Positions 8,384 through 16,563 of a stretch of DNA of 25,708 nucleotides are shown here, in pieces. Below the pieces are notes generated by a model, which saw only the letters and a program-made list of their open reading frames with translations, did no database searches and was not told where the DNA came from. Made by a program: the position numbers and the translations under genes. Positions within the stretch are counted from its first letter, which is position 1, and each line of letters starts with the position of its first letter. This DNA is from Elusimicrobiota bacterium (lineage in GTDB: Bacteria; Elusimicrobiota; Endomicrobiia; Endomicrobiales; JBDRNC01): the NCBI GenBank assembly GCA_043811535.1, contig JBDRNC010000013.1:1-25708 (forward strand). The letters run 5' to 3'.

Positions 8384-8558
8384 CCCGGCCATCCTAAAGA
8401 GTAAGCCTCCCCGATGGATCGGGACTCGATTCTCATGCATTAATGCCCTCGCCTGCCTTGAAAAACTGTCTTGAAAATCATAAAATAGCCATACTACAGT
8501 ACCTGGTAACTACTTTCCGCTTCCGGTTTGTACAAATTTTGTTTTCCCGAGGTACACG

Positions 8559-11500
8559 ATGAAAAAATGCATTAAATGCGTATTGTATTCTCTGGTTGCC
8601 GTGCTGCTGGCGGTTCCGGAATCAAAAGGATCGGACAAAGATATGAATTTCATTTTTAATAATGAAAAGATAGAAGGCGTGGTGGGGAACGGCCGGCTGG
8701 TAGTCACGACTCTTCCGGGAACGTTCACATTCCAGTTCAATAAAATTGTGGAAAAAGGCCGCATCGGTTTTGAGGACGCGGACGGCCGGACGCTCTGGCT
8801 TGATGACGCGCAGTCCGACTCGGTCTTTGAGCCGGGCGCCGCGATCTACGAGACCGTCGCCGGCGGCCGCAAGTTCAGGTTCATCCACGCGGTTCCCTAC
8901 AACGCCGACGTATACTCGCTCATAGTCCTGGCCGGGGAAGCGGGCGCGGGGCCGAAAAACCTTATCATAGAGATAGATCTGCAGGAGGCCGTCGTCCGCA
9001 AGGACAGGATAAGCGTTGGGAAGAACGTGATACTGTTCAACGGGCCGTTCACGGCGCCCGAGGGGCCCGCCAGGGGGAAACTCGCCGTCAAGATACCGCT
9101 CAGAGGGGCGAAAGGCGGAAAACTGATAATGTCCATGGGCCCGGAAAAGGACGCGGCGGGAATAGTCGCGCGGGACCCGGAAGAGTTCTATAAGGAAATC
9201 CGCGCCCATTACACGGATAACGGGATAATACTGAATACGCCCGACGCGGACCTGAACAGGGCGGTGAATTTCATAAAGTACCACATGCAGCTCGGATACG
9301 ACTGGCCGCGGACGATGGTGTGCGACATGTTCCGCTGGAGGGACGTGTGGTCGCGGGACCTGGGCAGCGGTTTCGGGCCCGGCGCGATTTACTGCGGGAT
9401 GTTTGAAGCGGCGAGAAACAGCATTCTTTACGAAACGGGAAGGTACTCCAAAGCGAAACCGGAAGACCTGAAAGTGTCCGGCGACGCATCGCAGGGCGGG
9501 AGCGCGGAAGGCATCGGGCTCGTGCTGGATTGCGCCTGGAAATATTACATGTATACCGCGGACAAAGGCCTGCTGGCGAAGATTCACGATGTTTTCAAGC
9601 CGTGGGCGGATATGTGGATACTGCGCGATTACGACGAAGACGGCCTGGTAACGGATGTTACCGAGTGGATGGACCATTCAAGGTTCTTCCGGCTGCCCGA
9701 AGGGCTGCAGTCGCTCTATTCAAACGCGCTTTTCAGCGTGATGACCGAAAGGATGGGCAATATCTGCGGGGAGCTCGGGTACGCGGAGGAGTCGCGGCGT
9801 TATTACGCGTATTCGCGGCTTACGAAGAAAGCTATCAACGCGAAACTATGGAACAATAACGGGTATTACGACAACTATCTGCTGTGGGGATTGGCCGACG
9901 ATACGCTCGACGCTTACGCGAACGCGCTGGCCGTGCTGTACGGGATTTCGGGCAAAGAGAAAAACCCCGCGATACTTGATTCGATGAAACGGCTCAACTG
10001 GCGCAGGTACGGCAGCGCGAATATTTCGAAGCCGATGAAATTCGTGGACGCGGGAAACGACCAGAACGTGAAGTGCTGGCCGTGGTGGGAGGCGAAAGAA
10101 GCCAAGGCGAGATTTTTGAACGGCGATGCCGCGGGCGGCCGGCAGGTTCTGAAATGGTGCACCGACACGCTGGGCTACAGGCGGTTCCCCGGCCTGCTTG
10201 AAGAATACCTCAACCCCGACACCGGGCAGATAGAGGATTTTGCCGGGCATACCTTTATCACGGGCGCGGGCTCCGTTATGGACGCTATCGCGGGCGGGAT
10301 GCTCGGGTTTGAGGTAACCGGGCCCGGCGCGAAAGAAATAAGAATTTCGCCCAATGTCCCGGCGGACTGGAAGAAATGGTCAGCCGTGTTCCCGCTTCCG
10401 GACGGGAAGATAATTTACCGGAGAGAGGAAAACAGGATAATCGCGGATGCGCAGTCGGCAAGCGTGATGACGCTGGCGCTTGACTTGCCGCGCGGGAGCG
10501 TTGCCGCGTCCATCAGGGTAAACGATGCGCCTTTCGCCTGCGAGACACTTCCGCTGAAAATACCGGTCGCCGGAAAACCGGCAAAGATAGTGATTGAGCT
10601 GGCTCAGGGCCAGGGAAAATACGAGCCGGACGCTGGAAAGGCGGCGGAATACGGCGTTGACAAGAGGCCGGTTGCGCCCGCCAAAAACGCGCCGCAGAAA
10701 ACGGCCGCGATATTTTACGAGCCGGGTTTTATGAGGGCGGACAGCGCGGCCGCCGCGGCCCTGAAGCAAAAATTTGAGAAAGCCGGCTACAAAGCCGTTT
10801 TGATAGACGCTGACGGGATATCGGCGCTGGACGCGGCCGGGACGCCTTACCTGGCGTTTGCCGGGAACGGCCTGCCTTACAGCGACAAAAAAGGCGGCAG
10901 AATTACCGCTAAACTTGACGGTTACATAAACGCCGGGGGAAAGATATTTCTCTGCGGGCCGGTTTGCATGCCCAAGGGAAAAATGGGCGAGAAAGCCTCG
11001 TTGATAGAATGGCAGGATTATTCGGCGGCGTATCAAAACCGGTATATCGAAGGGAAATGGAAGCTGAAAATATCGGATAAGAATCTGGCGCTGAAAAATA
11101 CGGAAGAGGGCGGATATATAAATAAGTTTTACGCGCCTTCCGCTCCCGACGCGGACTGGACGGAAGTTAACGTCGCGGAAAACTGGGAAAAAGCGCTCGG
11201 TTACGATTATAACGGCTGGGCGTGGTACCGGAAAAAGGTTTATATCCCCGAAGAGTGCAGGAACAAGACGTTTTTCATCGCGCTGGGAATGATTGACGAC
11301 AACGACTGGACGTATTTGAACGGCGAACTGCTGGGAGAGACCGCCGGCTGGACCGAAGAAAGGGTCTACGCGCTCAAGCCCGGTTCGGCCGCGCACAAAA
11401 AGATAGTATTCGGCGCCGAGAACCTGCTGGCAGTGCAGGTTCAGGATAATACCGGCGGGGGCGGGATTTATTCAGCGAAACCCGCGCTGCTTTATCCGGG

Positions 11501-11930
11501 CGCGTCCGGCAAGAAATGGCAGTATTACGATGAAATCTCCGGCCGGATGAGCGACAAGCCGGTAAGGACGGGCACGGTTTACTGGGGCGCGGGCGGGTAT
11601 TTCCCGGGCTGGGCGTTTTCGGCGGGGCTTTTCGGCATGAGCGCCGAGTGCGGCGGAGTTGAATTCGTTTCGGAGCTGTCAAAGCTGAAGCCGCTGAATA
11701 TAAAAGTCAGGAATGTGTATACAGATTTTTCCGTGAAGTATCCCTGGCAATTCATCCCGCTGGCTTACACGGCGCGCGACGAAAAGCTTTTATCGGGGCC
11801 GCAAAAGGACAGGTATCCCTGCATGGCGTACGTAAGGAACGCCTTGAGCGGCGGCGGGATTTACCTGATAGCGCCGGAGATAGCGTCCTCGGACGAGTTC
11901 CGTTCCGTCCTGAAAGAAATAGGCGAATAA
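8559..11930 (+). CDS. Secreted multidomain (alpha/alpha)6-barrel glycoside hydrolase (GH78/glycogen-debranching-like) with C-terminal galactose-binding-like domain
   Basis: Signal-peptide-like N-terminus; LNTPDADLNRA, VWSRDL, DYDEDGL, LYSNAL, LWNNNGYY, ANALAVLYGI; rhamnosidase-C-like GMLGFEVTGPG...IRISP; WYRKKV...LGMIDDNDWTYLNG...NLLAVQVQDNTGGGGIY jelly-roll. GC-rich codon usage. Exact family uncertain. Confidence 0.75.
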   Translation: MKKCIKCVLYSLVAVLLAVPESKGSDKDMNFIFNNEKIEGVVGNGRLVVTTLPGTFTFQFNKIVEKGRIGFEDADGRTLWLDDAQSDSVFEPGAAIYETVAGGRKFRFIHAVPYNADVYSLIVLAGEAGAGPKNLIIEIDLQEAVVRKDRISVGKNVILFNGPFTAPEGPARGKLAVKIPLRGAKGGKLIMSMGPEKDAAGIVARDPEEFYKEIRAHYTDNGIILNTPDADLNRAVNFIKYHMQLGYDWPRTMVCDMFRWRDVWSRDLGSGFGPGAIYCGMFEAARNSILYETGRYSKAKPEDLKVSGDASQGGSAEGIGLVLDCAWKYYMYTADKGLLAKIHDVFKPWADMWILRDYDEDGLVTDVTEWMDHSRFFRLPEGLQSLYSNALFSVMTERMGNICGELGYAEESRRYYAYSRLTKKAINAKLWNNNGYYDNYLLWGLADDTLDAYANALAVLYGISGKEKNPAILDSMKRLNWRRYGSANISKPMKFVDAGNDQNVKCWPWWEAKEAKARFLNGDAAGGRQVLKWCTDTLGYRRFPGLLEEYLNPDTGQIEDFAGHTFITGAGSVMDAIAGGMLGFEVTGPGAKEIRISPNVPADWKKWSAVFPLPDGKIIYRREENRIIADAQSASVMTLALDLPRGSVAASIRVNDAPFACETLPLKIPVAGKPAKIVIELAQGQGKYEPDAGKAAEYGVDKRPVAPAKNAPQKTAAIFYEPGFMRADSAAAAALKQKFEKAGYKAVLIDADGISALDAAGTPYLAFAGNGLPYSDKKGGRITAKLDGYINAGGKIFLCGPVCMPKGKMGEKASLIEWQDYSAAYQNRYIEGKWKLKISDKNLALKNTEEGGYINKFYAPSAPDADWTEVNVAENWEKALGYDYNGWAWYRKKVYIPEECRNKTFFIALGMIDDNDWTYLNGELLGETAGWTEERVYALKPGSAAHKKIVFGAENLLAVQVQDNTGGGGIYSAKPALLYPGASGKKWQYYDEISGRMSDKPVRTGTVYWGAGGYFPGWAFSAGLFGMSAECGGVEFVSELSKLKPLNIKVRNVYTDFSVKYPWQFIPLAYTARDEKLLSGPQKDRYPCMAYVRNALSGGGIYLIAPEIASSDEFRSVLKEIGE

Positions 11931-11974
11931 ATTCCGGGGACACAACACTTAAATATTGTGGCCGAAATAGCCCC

Positions 11975-12014
11975 GCCAACTTCCATCCCGGGGATGGATG
12001 TTGGCTTGTTTTCT
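11975..12014 (+). terminator. Candidate intrinsic terminator
   Basis: GCCAAC-t-TCCATCCC / GGGATGGA-t-GTTGGC stem followed by TTGTTTTCT, 45 nt after the GH stop codon. Confidence 0.55.
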
Positions 12015-12237
12015 GTCTTGCGCCTTGCCAATACCGATCCCGCATCTGTACTGCCTCCCGCTCGCCACTGCAGCAATGGCGGGCAGAATGGCCCAACCCA
12101 TTCTTAGCTTGTAATATTTTTGGTATTTATATAAAATAAACTCATGGGGGATGTAAGAAATTGCAATTCGTATACTTTGGCCGCGTAACGCGTTAAAAAG
12201 CGTGTGCGCGGTTTTATATTTATAGGGGGGATAAAAC

Positions 12238-12633
12238 ATGAAAGTGACGAAAGATTACGTCAAAGCCTTAAATGAAATCAGACAGAAGATTAATTCTGCC
12301 AGGAATACAGCTGTACGTTCAGTTAATAAAGCCCAGATAAAACTGTACTGGGAAATAGGGAAGATAATCGTTGAGCGTCAAACCCTGTATGGCTGGGGTA
12401 GGTCTGTAGTTGAACGTTTATCGAAGGATTTAGCAAGAGATACAAATTCTACAACCGGGTATTCCCCGCAAAATCCCTGGTATATGCGGCAGTTCTATCA
12501 CGAATATAAAAACTCCTTAAATCTCCAACAGCTTGTTGGAGAAATTCCATGGGGACAGAATATCGTTATTTTCTCAAAAGTAAAAAACGCTCAGGAAACG
12601 CTCAGAAACGCTAAATCAAAGTTATGGGGGTAA
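12238..12633 (+). CDS. DUF1016/YhcG N-terminal domain only (truncated; possibly pseudogene)
   Basis: AVRSVNKAQIKLYWEIGKIIVERQ...WGRSVVERLSKDL...GYSPQNPWYMRQFY...IPWGQNIVIFSKVK. Family resemblance ends at a AAACGCTCAG duplication (12585-12613); no C-terminal nuclease domain. Confidence 0.8.
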   Translation: MKVTKDYVKALNEIRQKINSARNTAVRSVNKAQIKLYWEIGKIIVERQTLYGWGRSVVERLSKDLARDTNSTTGYSPQNPWYMRQFYHEYKNSLNLQQLVGEIPWGQNIVIFSKVKNAQETLRNAKSKLWG

Positions 12634-12637
12634 GTGT

Positions 12638-13498
12638 ATGAGTTACGACGATTATTATGATGATATCGAAAAACCAATCAGAGAAGACGCGTATCAAGTT
12701 CAAGCCCTAGAATTAATAAAAGAAATAATAAATAAAAATAAAAATGATGTGTTTTACACAAAACAATTGCAGATTTTAATTGAAGATAGAATATTTCATT
12801 GGGTAACTGCGAGAGCCATTGAAGACTTGCTTGAAAAAGGGGGGAAGTACTTGTCTTCAAGAGACAAAAAAAGTGATGCGCATGTAATTTGGCATAGATC
12901 AAATAGGTATTATAAAAGAAAATCAAAGGCACTTGCAAGATTAATTGAAAAGCACAGTGACATAAGCGTAAGTGAAGGCTGTGGTTATGAGGCAAACAAC
13001 TTATTTTATATAGCATTAACTGAAAAAGGATTTAAATATATAGGTAAAAACGTAAATATTTTCAAGAGGAAAAAATGGATAAAAACAAAGCATGATTTGG
13101 ACTATATTTTGGAAAAGGATGGGGTATTTTATGGAATAGAGATAAAAAACTCATTTGATTATATTGATAACAAAGAGATGGAAATAAAACTGGAAATGTG
13201 TGAATACTTAGGATTAAAGCCATTATTCATTATGAGGAATGCTCCAAAAACATATAATAGAATGATTAATAATTATGGTGGTTATGCAATGATATTTGTT
13301 TCAAAAATATTTCCACTATCATTGAAAACGCTCGCGAAGGAAATAAATAGCTCATTGTTTAAAAAATACTCAAAAGAAAAGTATTGTGATGCCCCAAGAA
13401 GTATCCCGGAAGGGATGGTGGACAGGTTTGTCAATTGGCATGAAAAACATGTGAAAACGAAAAGAATTCACAGAATAAGAAAAGGGGCTCGACGATAA
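12638..13498 (+). CDS. PD-(D/E)XK-fold nuclease-like protein
   Basis: GYEANNLF...HDLDYILEKDGVFYGIEIKN fits E...D...ExK; very AT-rich; starts 5 nt after the DUF1016-N stop. Confidence 0.7.
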   Translation: MSYDDYYDDIEKPIREDAYQVQALELIKEIINKNKNDVFYTKQLQILIEDRIFHWVTARAIEDLLEKGGKYLSSRDKKSDAHVIWHRSNRYYKRKSKALARLIEKHSDISVSEGCGYEANNLFYIALTEKGFKYIGKNVNIFKRKKWIKTKHDLDYILEKDGVFYGIEIKNSFDYIDNKEMEIKLEMCEYLGLKPLFIMRNAPKTYNRMINNYGGYAMIFVSKIFPLSLKTLAKEINSSLFKKYSKEKYCDAPRSIPEGMVDRFVNWHEKHVKTKRIHRIRKGARR

Positions 13499-13610
13499 GA
13501 AATTACCCCTATAAATACAAGGTCTCTATCGACTCATTAATAGCCTACATAAGGTTAATCCATGAAACAACGCGCGCACGCATGGACAGCGTTGAGGGCG
13601 CTCGAATTAG

Positions 13611-13637
13611 AATAGGGGGCGGAGTTAAAATAGCATA
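13611..13637. repeat. Third, hairpin-free copy of the island boundary motif
   Basis: AATAGGGGGCGGAGTT-AAAATAGCATA. First 16 nt are the exact reverse complement of 2002-2017; last 11 nt are identical to 6717-6727. Confidence 0.85.
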
Positions 13638-13699
13638 AATAACGGCAGTATCTTCCGCCACTACTACTTGGCGGACAGGCGTATCTCGTAACTGCCTTT

Positions 13700-13770
13700 C
13701 TGCTTCCTGCTCCCTGCTTCCTGCTCCCTGCTCCCTGCTTCCTACTTACTGTCTCTCTCGCTTCCGTCTT
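13700..13770. repeat. Heptamer tandem repeat CTGCT(T/C)C x6 plus 23-nt motif shared with 17136-17158
   Basis: Six units at 13700-13741. ACTGTCTCTCTCGCTTCCGTCTT (13748-13770) matches 17136-17158 at 21/23. Confidence 0.9.
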
Positions 13771-13783
13771 CCAAATTACTGCC

Positions 13784-13821
13784 TTGACAAACACACCTGA
13801 ATAACCTATACTTATATAGGT
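13784..13821 (+). promoter_or_regulatory. Sigma70-type promoter with overlapping palindromic operator candidate
   Basis: TTGACA (13784) - 17 nt - TATACT (13807). ACCTATA-ctta-TATAGGT (13804-13821) covers the -10 and the likely start site. ATG at 13823 implies a near-leaderless mRNA. Confidence 0.8.
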
Positions 13822-13822
13822 A

Positions 13823-14470
13823 ATGAGTAATCCAAGAACGCAAATCCCCGAGTTTAACAAGTGCACGCGGTGCGGGCATAACTGGGTCAGCCGCAAGAAG
13901 GCTCGGCCTGTCATTTGCCCTGCCTGCAAGAGCCCCTATTGGAACAGGCCGAAGGGCGGCGAAGCGCTTGTCCGCGACAGCATAACGGAAGCCAACCACG
14001 ATTACGAAGATTTCATCGGCTTATTGAACAAGCACGGAGTAAATTACTGCATTGTAGGAGCTTACGCAGTAGGATTCCACGCTGAACCAAGGACAACGGG
14101 CGATATGGATATTTTTGTTGGAATTTCAGAAAAGGATGCAAAAGGCGTTTATAATGCCTTGCGTGAGTTCGGATTGGATGATCCAAATCTGACCGAAGAC
14201 CTGATTAAGACACCCGGCAAGATATTAAGAATCGGATTAGAGCCAAACAGGATAGAAGTCATAAATAGCATTGGCGGCGTTAAACCGGAAGATGTCCTCG
14301 CGCATAAAGTGAAAGGTGTTTACGGAAGCAACAAAACATTTTTCATCGGCCTTGACGAGCTAATCAAGAATAAAAAAGCGATTATGAACAAACCGATGAG
14401 GAAAACAACGAATGACCTCGCGGATTACCGCATCCTTACCGAAGTCAAGAGGAAAAAGGGAAAATTATGA
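13823..14470 (+). CDS. Zn-ribbon fused to pol-beta-like nucleotidyltransferase (DUF6036-like)
   Basis: CTRCGHNW...CPACKSPYWN, then YCIVGAYAVGFHAEPRTTGDMDIFV (G..A...R.T.DxD) and LIKNKKA...DLAD. Confidence 0.8.
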   Translation: MSNPRTQIPEFNKCTRCGHNWVSRKKARPVICPACKSPYWNRPKGGEALVRDSITEANHDYEDFIGLLNKHGVNYCIVGAYAVGFHAEPRTTGDMDIFVGISEKDAKGVYNALREFGLDDPNLTEDLIKTPGKILRIGLEPNRIEVINSIGGVKPEDVLAHKVKGVYGSNKTFFIGLDELIKNKKAIMNKPMRKTTNDLADYRILTEVKRKKGKL

Positions 14471-14673
14471 GGAAGATAGAACTAAAGATTTTCGACAGTT
14501 TCAAGGAATTGAGAAAGGACTACGACGCGGGCGTCAGGAATATGACGCCTTCTCAACGGCTCTCAATGATGGAAAATTTGAGGAAAGAATACTCCGCGGT
14601 TAAAGGCGTCCGTCACTCAGGACAAAAAGCCGCGCGCAAACTTGAAATTAAGCAGCATAATAAAAACCAGTGA
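14467..14673 (+). CDS. Small partner protein of the nucleotidyltransferase
   Basis: ATGA overlap with the NTase stop. MTPSQRLSMMENLR resembles small proteins recalled as usual neighbours of such NTases. Confidence 0.65.
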   Translation: MRKIELKIFDSFKELRKDYDAGVRNMTPSQRLSMMENLRKEYSAVKGVRHSGQKAARKLEIKQHNKNQ

Positions 14674-14725
14674 CCAGTGACCAGTGACTTGGAAAGACAT
14701 TGCAGGATTTAACCATTGAAAGATT
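14667..14725. repeat. Heptamer (CCAGTGA)x3 plus octamer-type linker; direct repeat of 15394-15435
   Basis: 14682-14725 aligns to 15394-15435 at 38/42 positions with one 2-nt gap. Confidence 0.85.
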
Positions 14726-14753
14726 ACTGCTTACGACCTGCTACTTACAATCA

Positions 14754-15386
14754 ATGAATAAATCAATTAACAAGAAAAAGGTAATCCTGATTTCCGTTGT
14801 GGCGAGCGCGGTGTGTTTCGCGCCAATCCTGCTGACCGCCGTGAAGCCGAACGTAACAAGCCATTTCCTGTTTTATTTGTATATCATGTTCATAAGTTTC
14901 TCGATACTTATTCTGCTGGTTACAGGATCATTCTCGATTATCGTAATATCAATCAAAAAATTCAAGAAAATGGAATTGGGCGTGTTTGAGGTATCGGCTT
15001 TATCAGCCGGCATTACCGGAGCCGCGTTTGTATTGCTGCTGAACCTGATGCCAAGGCCTCTTCCCACAGGGTCCGATTTGATGAAATTCGATCCGGCCGT
15101 TTGGAAACAGGAATCGTCGACAAAATTCACTGACGGAGCGACTTTAAGGGAACAGATGCTAAAAGACCTTGTAGAGAATATTTTGCCGGGAAAGGACAAA
15201 AAAGAGATTGAGTCATTGCTGGGCCCGTCCTCAGAAACAGATTATTTCAAAGGCAGGAAAATGGATTACATCTATTACATGGGACCGGAAAGGGATCATC
15301 CGGTCATGAACATAGATTCTGAATGGCTCTTGATTTGGCTTGACTCGCAGGGGAAATTCAGGAAATTCAAGATAACGTGTGATTGA
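14754..15386 (+). CDS. 3-TM membrane protein with C-terminal SmpA/BamE-like domain
   Basis: Start moved to ATG 14754 (the 14700 TTG start lies in repeat DNA). Three hydrophobic segments, then FDPAVWK...REQMLKDL...GKDKKEIESLLGP...YYMGP...EWLLIWLD. Confidence 0.65.
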   Translation: MNKSINKKKVILISVVASAVCFAPILLTAVKPNVTSHFLFYLYIMFISFSILILLVTGSFSIIVISIKKFKKMELGVFEVSALSAGITGAAFVLLLNLMPRPLPTGSDLMKFDPAVWKQESSTKFTDGATLREQMLKDLVENILPGKDKKEIESLLGPSSETDYFKGRKMDYIYYMGPERDHPVMNIDSEWLLIWLDSQGKFRKFKITCD

Positions 15387-15390
15387 TAAA

Positions 15391-15540
15391 AGACAGTGAC
15401 TTGAAGACATTTCAAGATTTAAAGATTGAAAGATTTAAAGATTACGAATAGCTGCAATAACAACTGAAATAACACGACCAGAAAGACATTGCGAGGCCCG
15501 ATTTCTTGGGACGAAGGTGGATTGAAAGATTGACGACTTA
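15391..15540. repeat. Octamer (nAAAGATT) linker with partial CATTGCGAGG element
   Basis: AGACAGTGACTT-GAAGACATT-TCAAGATT-TAAAGATT-GAAAGATT-TAAAGATT-ACGAAT; CATTGCGAGG...GACGAAG at 15487-15516 resembles 23390-23414; GATTGAAAGATTGACGACTTA at 15520. Confidence 0.8.
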
Positions 15541-15555
15541 CAATTAAACCAAAAA

Positions 15556-16002
15556 ATGAAAATCATAAAGGCAAACAAATCGCGGATCAAGGAATGGGTG
15601 GACATGCGCCTGGCTCTCTGGCCGAAGCACACAAGGCCGGAATTGACGCGGGAAGCAAAACATATTCTTGTTTCACGTAGAGAGTCCGCCTTCCTTGTTG
15701 TGGACGGTTCCGGAAGCGCTGTCGGTTTTGCTGAGGTTTCCACGCGCGATTATGTTGACGGGTGCAAGGGCGGTCCTGTGGGATTCCTTGAGGGCATCTA
15801 TGTCCGGCCGGGACACAGGAAGAAAGGCATAGCGTTGCGGCTGGTTCGCGCAGGAGAGTTATGGGCCGCGGCCAGAGGATGCCGGGAGATGGGCTCCGAC
15901 ACGCAGATTAACGGCAGGCGGAGCATAGCGTTCCACAAAGCGGTCGGCTTCCGCGTCGTTGAGCGGCAAGTGGTGTTTATGAAGAAAATCAAAAGACAGT
16001 GA
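15556..16002 (+). CDS. aac(6'): AAC(6')-I-like GNAT acetyltransferase
   Basis: WVDMRLALWP, GFAEVSTRDYVDGC, PVGFLEGIYV, WAAARGCREMGSD, SIAFHKAVGF, ERQVVFMKKI follow the AAC(6')-I family pattern; activity on aminoglycosides not established. Confidence 0.75.
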   Translation: MKIIKANKSRIKEWVDMRLALWPKHTRPELTREAKHILVSRRESAFLVVDGSGSAVGFAEVSTRDYVDGCKGGPVGFLEGIYVRPGHRKKGIALRLVRAGELWAAARGCREMGSDTQINGRRSIAFHKAVGFRVVERQVVFMKKIKRQ

Positions 16003-16137
16003 CTGGTGGCTGGTAACTTAACTACTGTGTCTAGTGACTAGGGGCTGGTGACTAGTGACTAGAACGACAGTGACTGGTGACTTGTGACCAGTGACTAGAA
16101 TGACAGTTACTAGTGACTTGTGACCAGTGACTAGAAC
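15996..16137. repeat. Heptamer GTGAC(T/C)N array with 36-bp higher-order period
   Basis: Units 16030-16065, 16066-16101, 16102-16137; the last two differ at 3 of 36 positions. No unique spacers. Overlaps the aac stop codon. Confidence 0.9.
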
Positions 16138-16164
16138 GGCAGGGGCCCAGGGAACTGCATTTAA

Positions 16165-16500
16165 ATGACCAACATCGGAAGGAAACTGCAGATAACGGCG
16201 GCGGCGCTCGGGTTCCTCTACGCGGGGTTCGTGGGGATGTTCGCGCTTGACACGCCTTTCGGGATAGGGTTTATCATCCATCTCACGCCGTCATTCATAA
16301 TAATTATCGCCTGCCTTATCGGGCTGCGCGGCGCGCTGGCGGGCGGCATCTTTAACGCCGGCCTGGCGATTGCGTTCACGCTGTTTTTTCATTCATATAA
16401 AGCGCTCGCGTCATTTCTTATCATATCGGTGCCGCTGATCGTCATCAGCGCGCTGTTTTTTGTTTCGGCGTTAATTTTAGGAAAAGATAAAAAGTCTTAA
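16165..16500 (+). CDS. Small 4-TM hypothetical membrane protein
   Basis: 111 aa, four hydrophobic helices, MFALD...FIIHLTPS motif, basic tail. Confidence 0.75.
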   Translation: MTNIGRKLQITAAALGFLYAGFVGMFALDTPFGIGFIIHLTPSFIIIIACLIGLRGALAGGIFNAGLAIAFTLFFHSYKALASFLIISVPLIVISALFFVSALILGKDKKS

Positions 16501-16519
16501 TAGCAGTATCGAGTAGTTG

Positions 16520-16550
16520 CTTCCATCTTCTGTCTTCCTTCTTCCATCTT
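16520..16550. repeat. Heptamer repeat CTTCCAT-type x4
   Basis: CTTCCAT CTTCTGT CTTCCTT CTTCCAT directly before the GGAGG RBS of the next gene. Confidence 0.75.
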
Positions 16551-16563
16551 ACGGAGGTTTTAA

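Noticed and set aside
8075..8440. Minus-strand 121-aa ORF as an ORF6N gene
   Set aside because: Only the palindrome-encoded decapeptide resembles ORF6N; the rest overlaps rhuM antisense.
8622..11682. Long minus-strand ORFs opposite the glycoside hydrolase (also 21799..22272 and 23490..24302)
   Set aside because: Antisense shadows of GC-rich genes; no recognisable motifs.
13555..13929. Minus-strand ORF with SRKQGAG repeats (similarly 16018..16281)
   Set aside because: Translation of heptamer tracts; overlaps a promoter and genes on the other strand.
15996..16137. CRISPR array (36-bp period)
   Set aside because: Units are contiguous with no unique spacers and are built from heptamers; no cas genes in the window.
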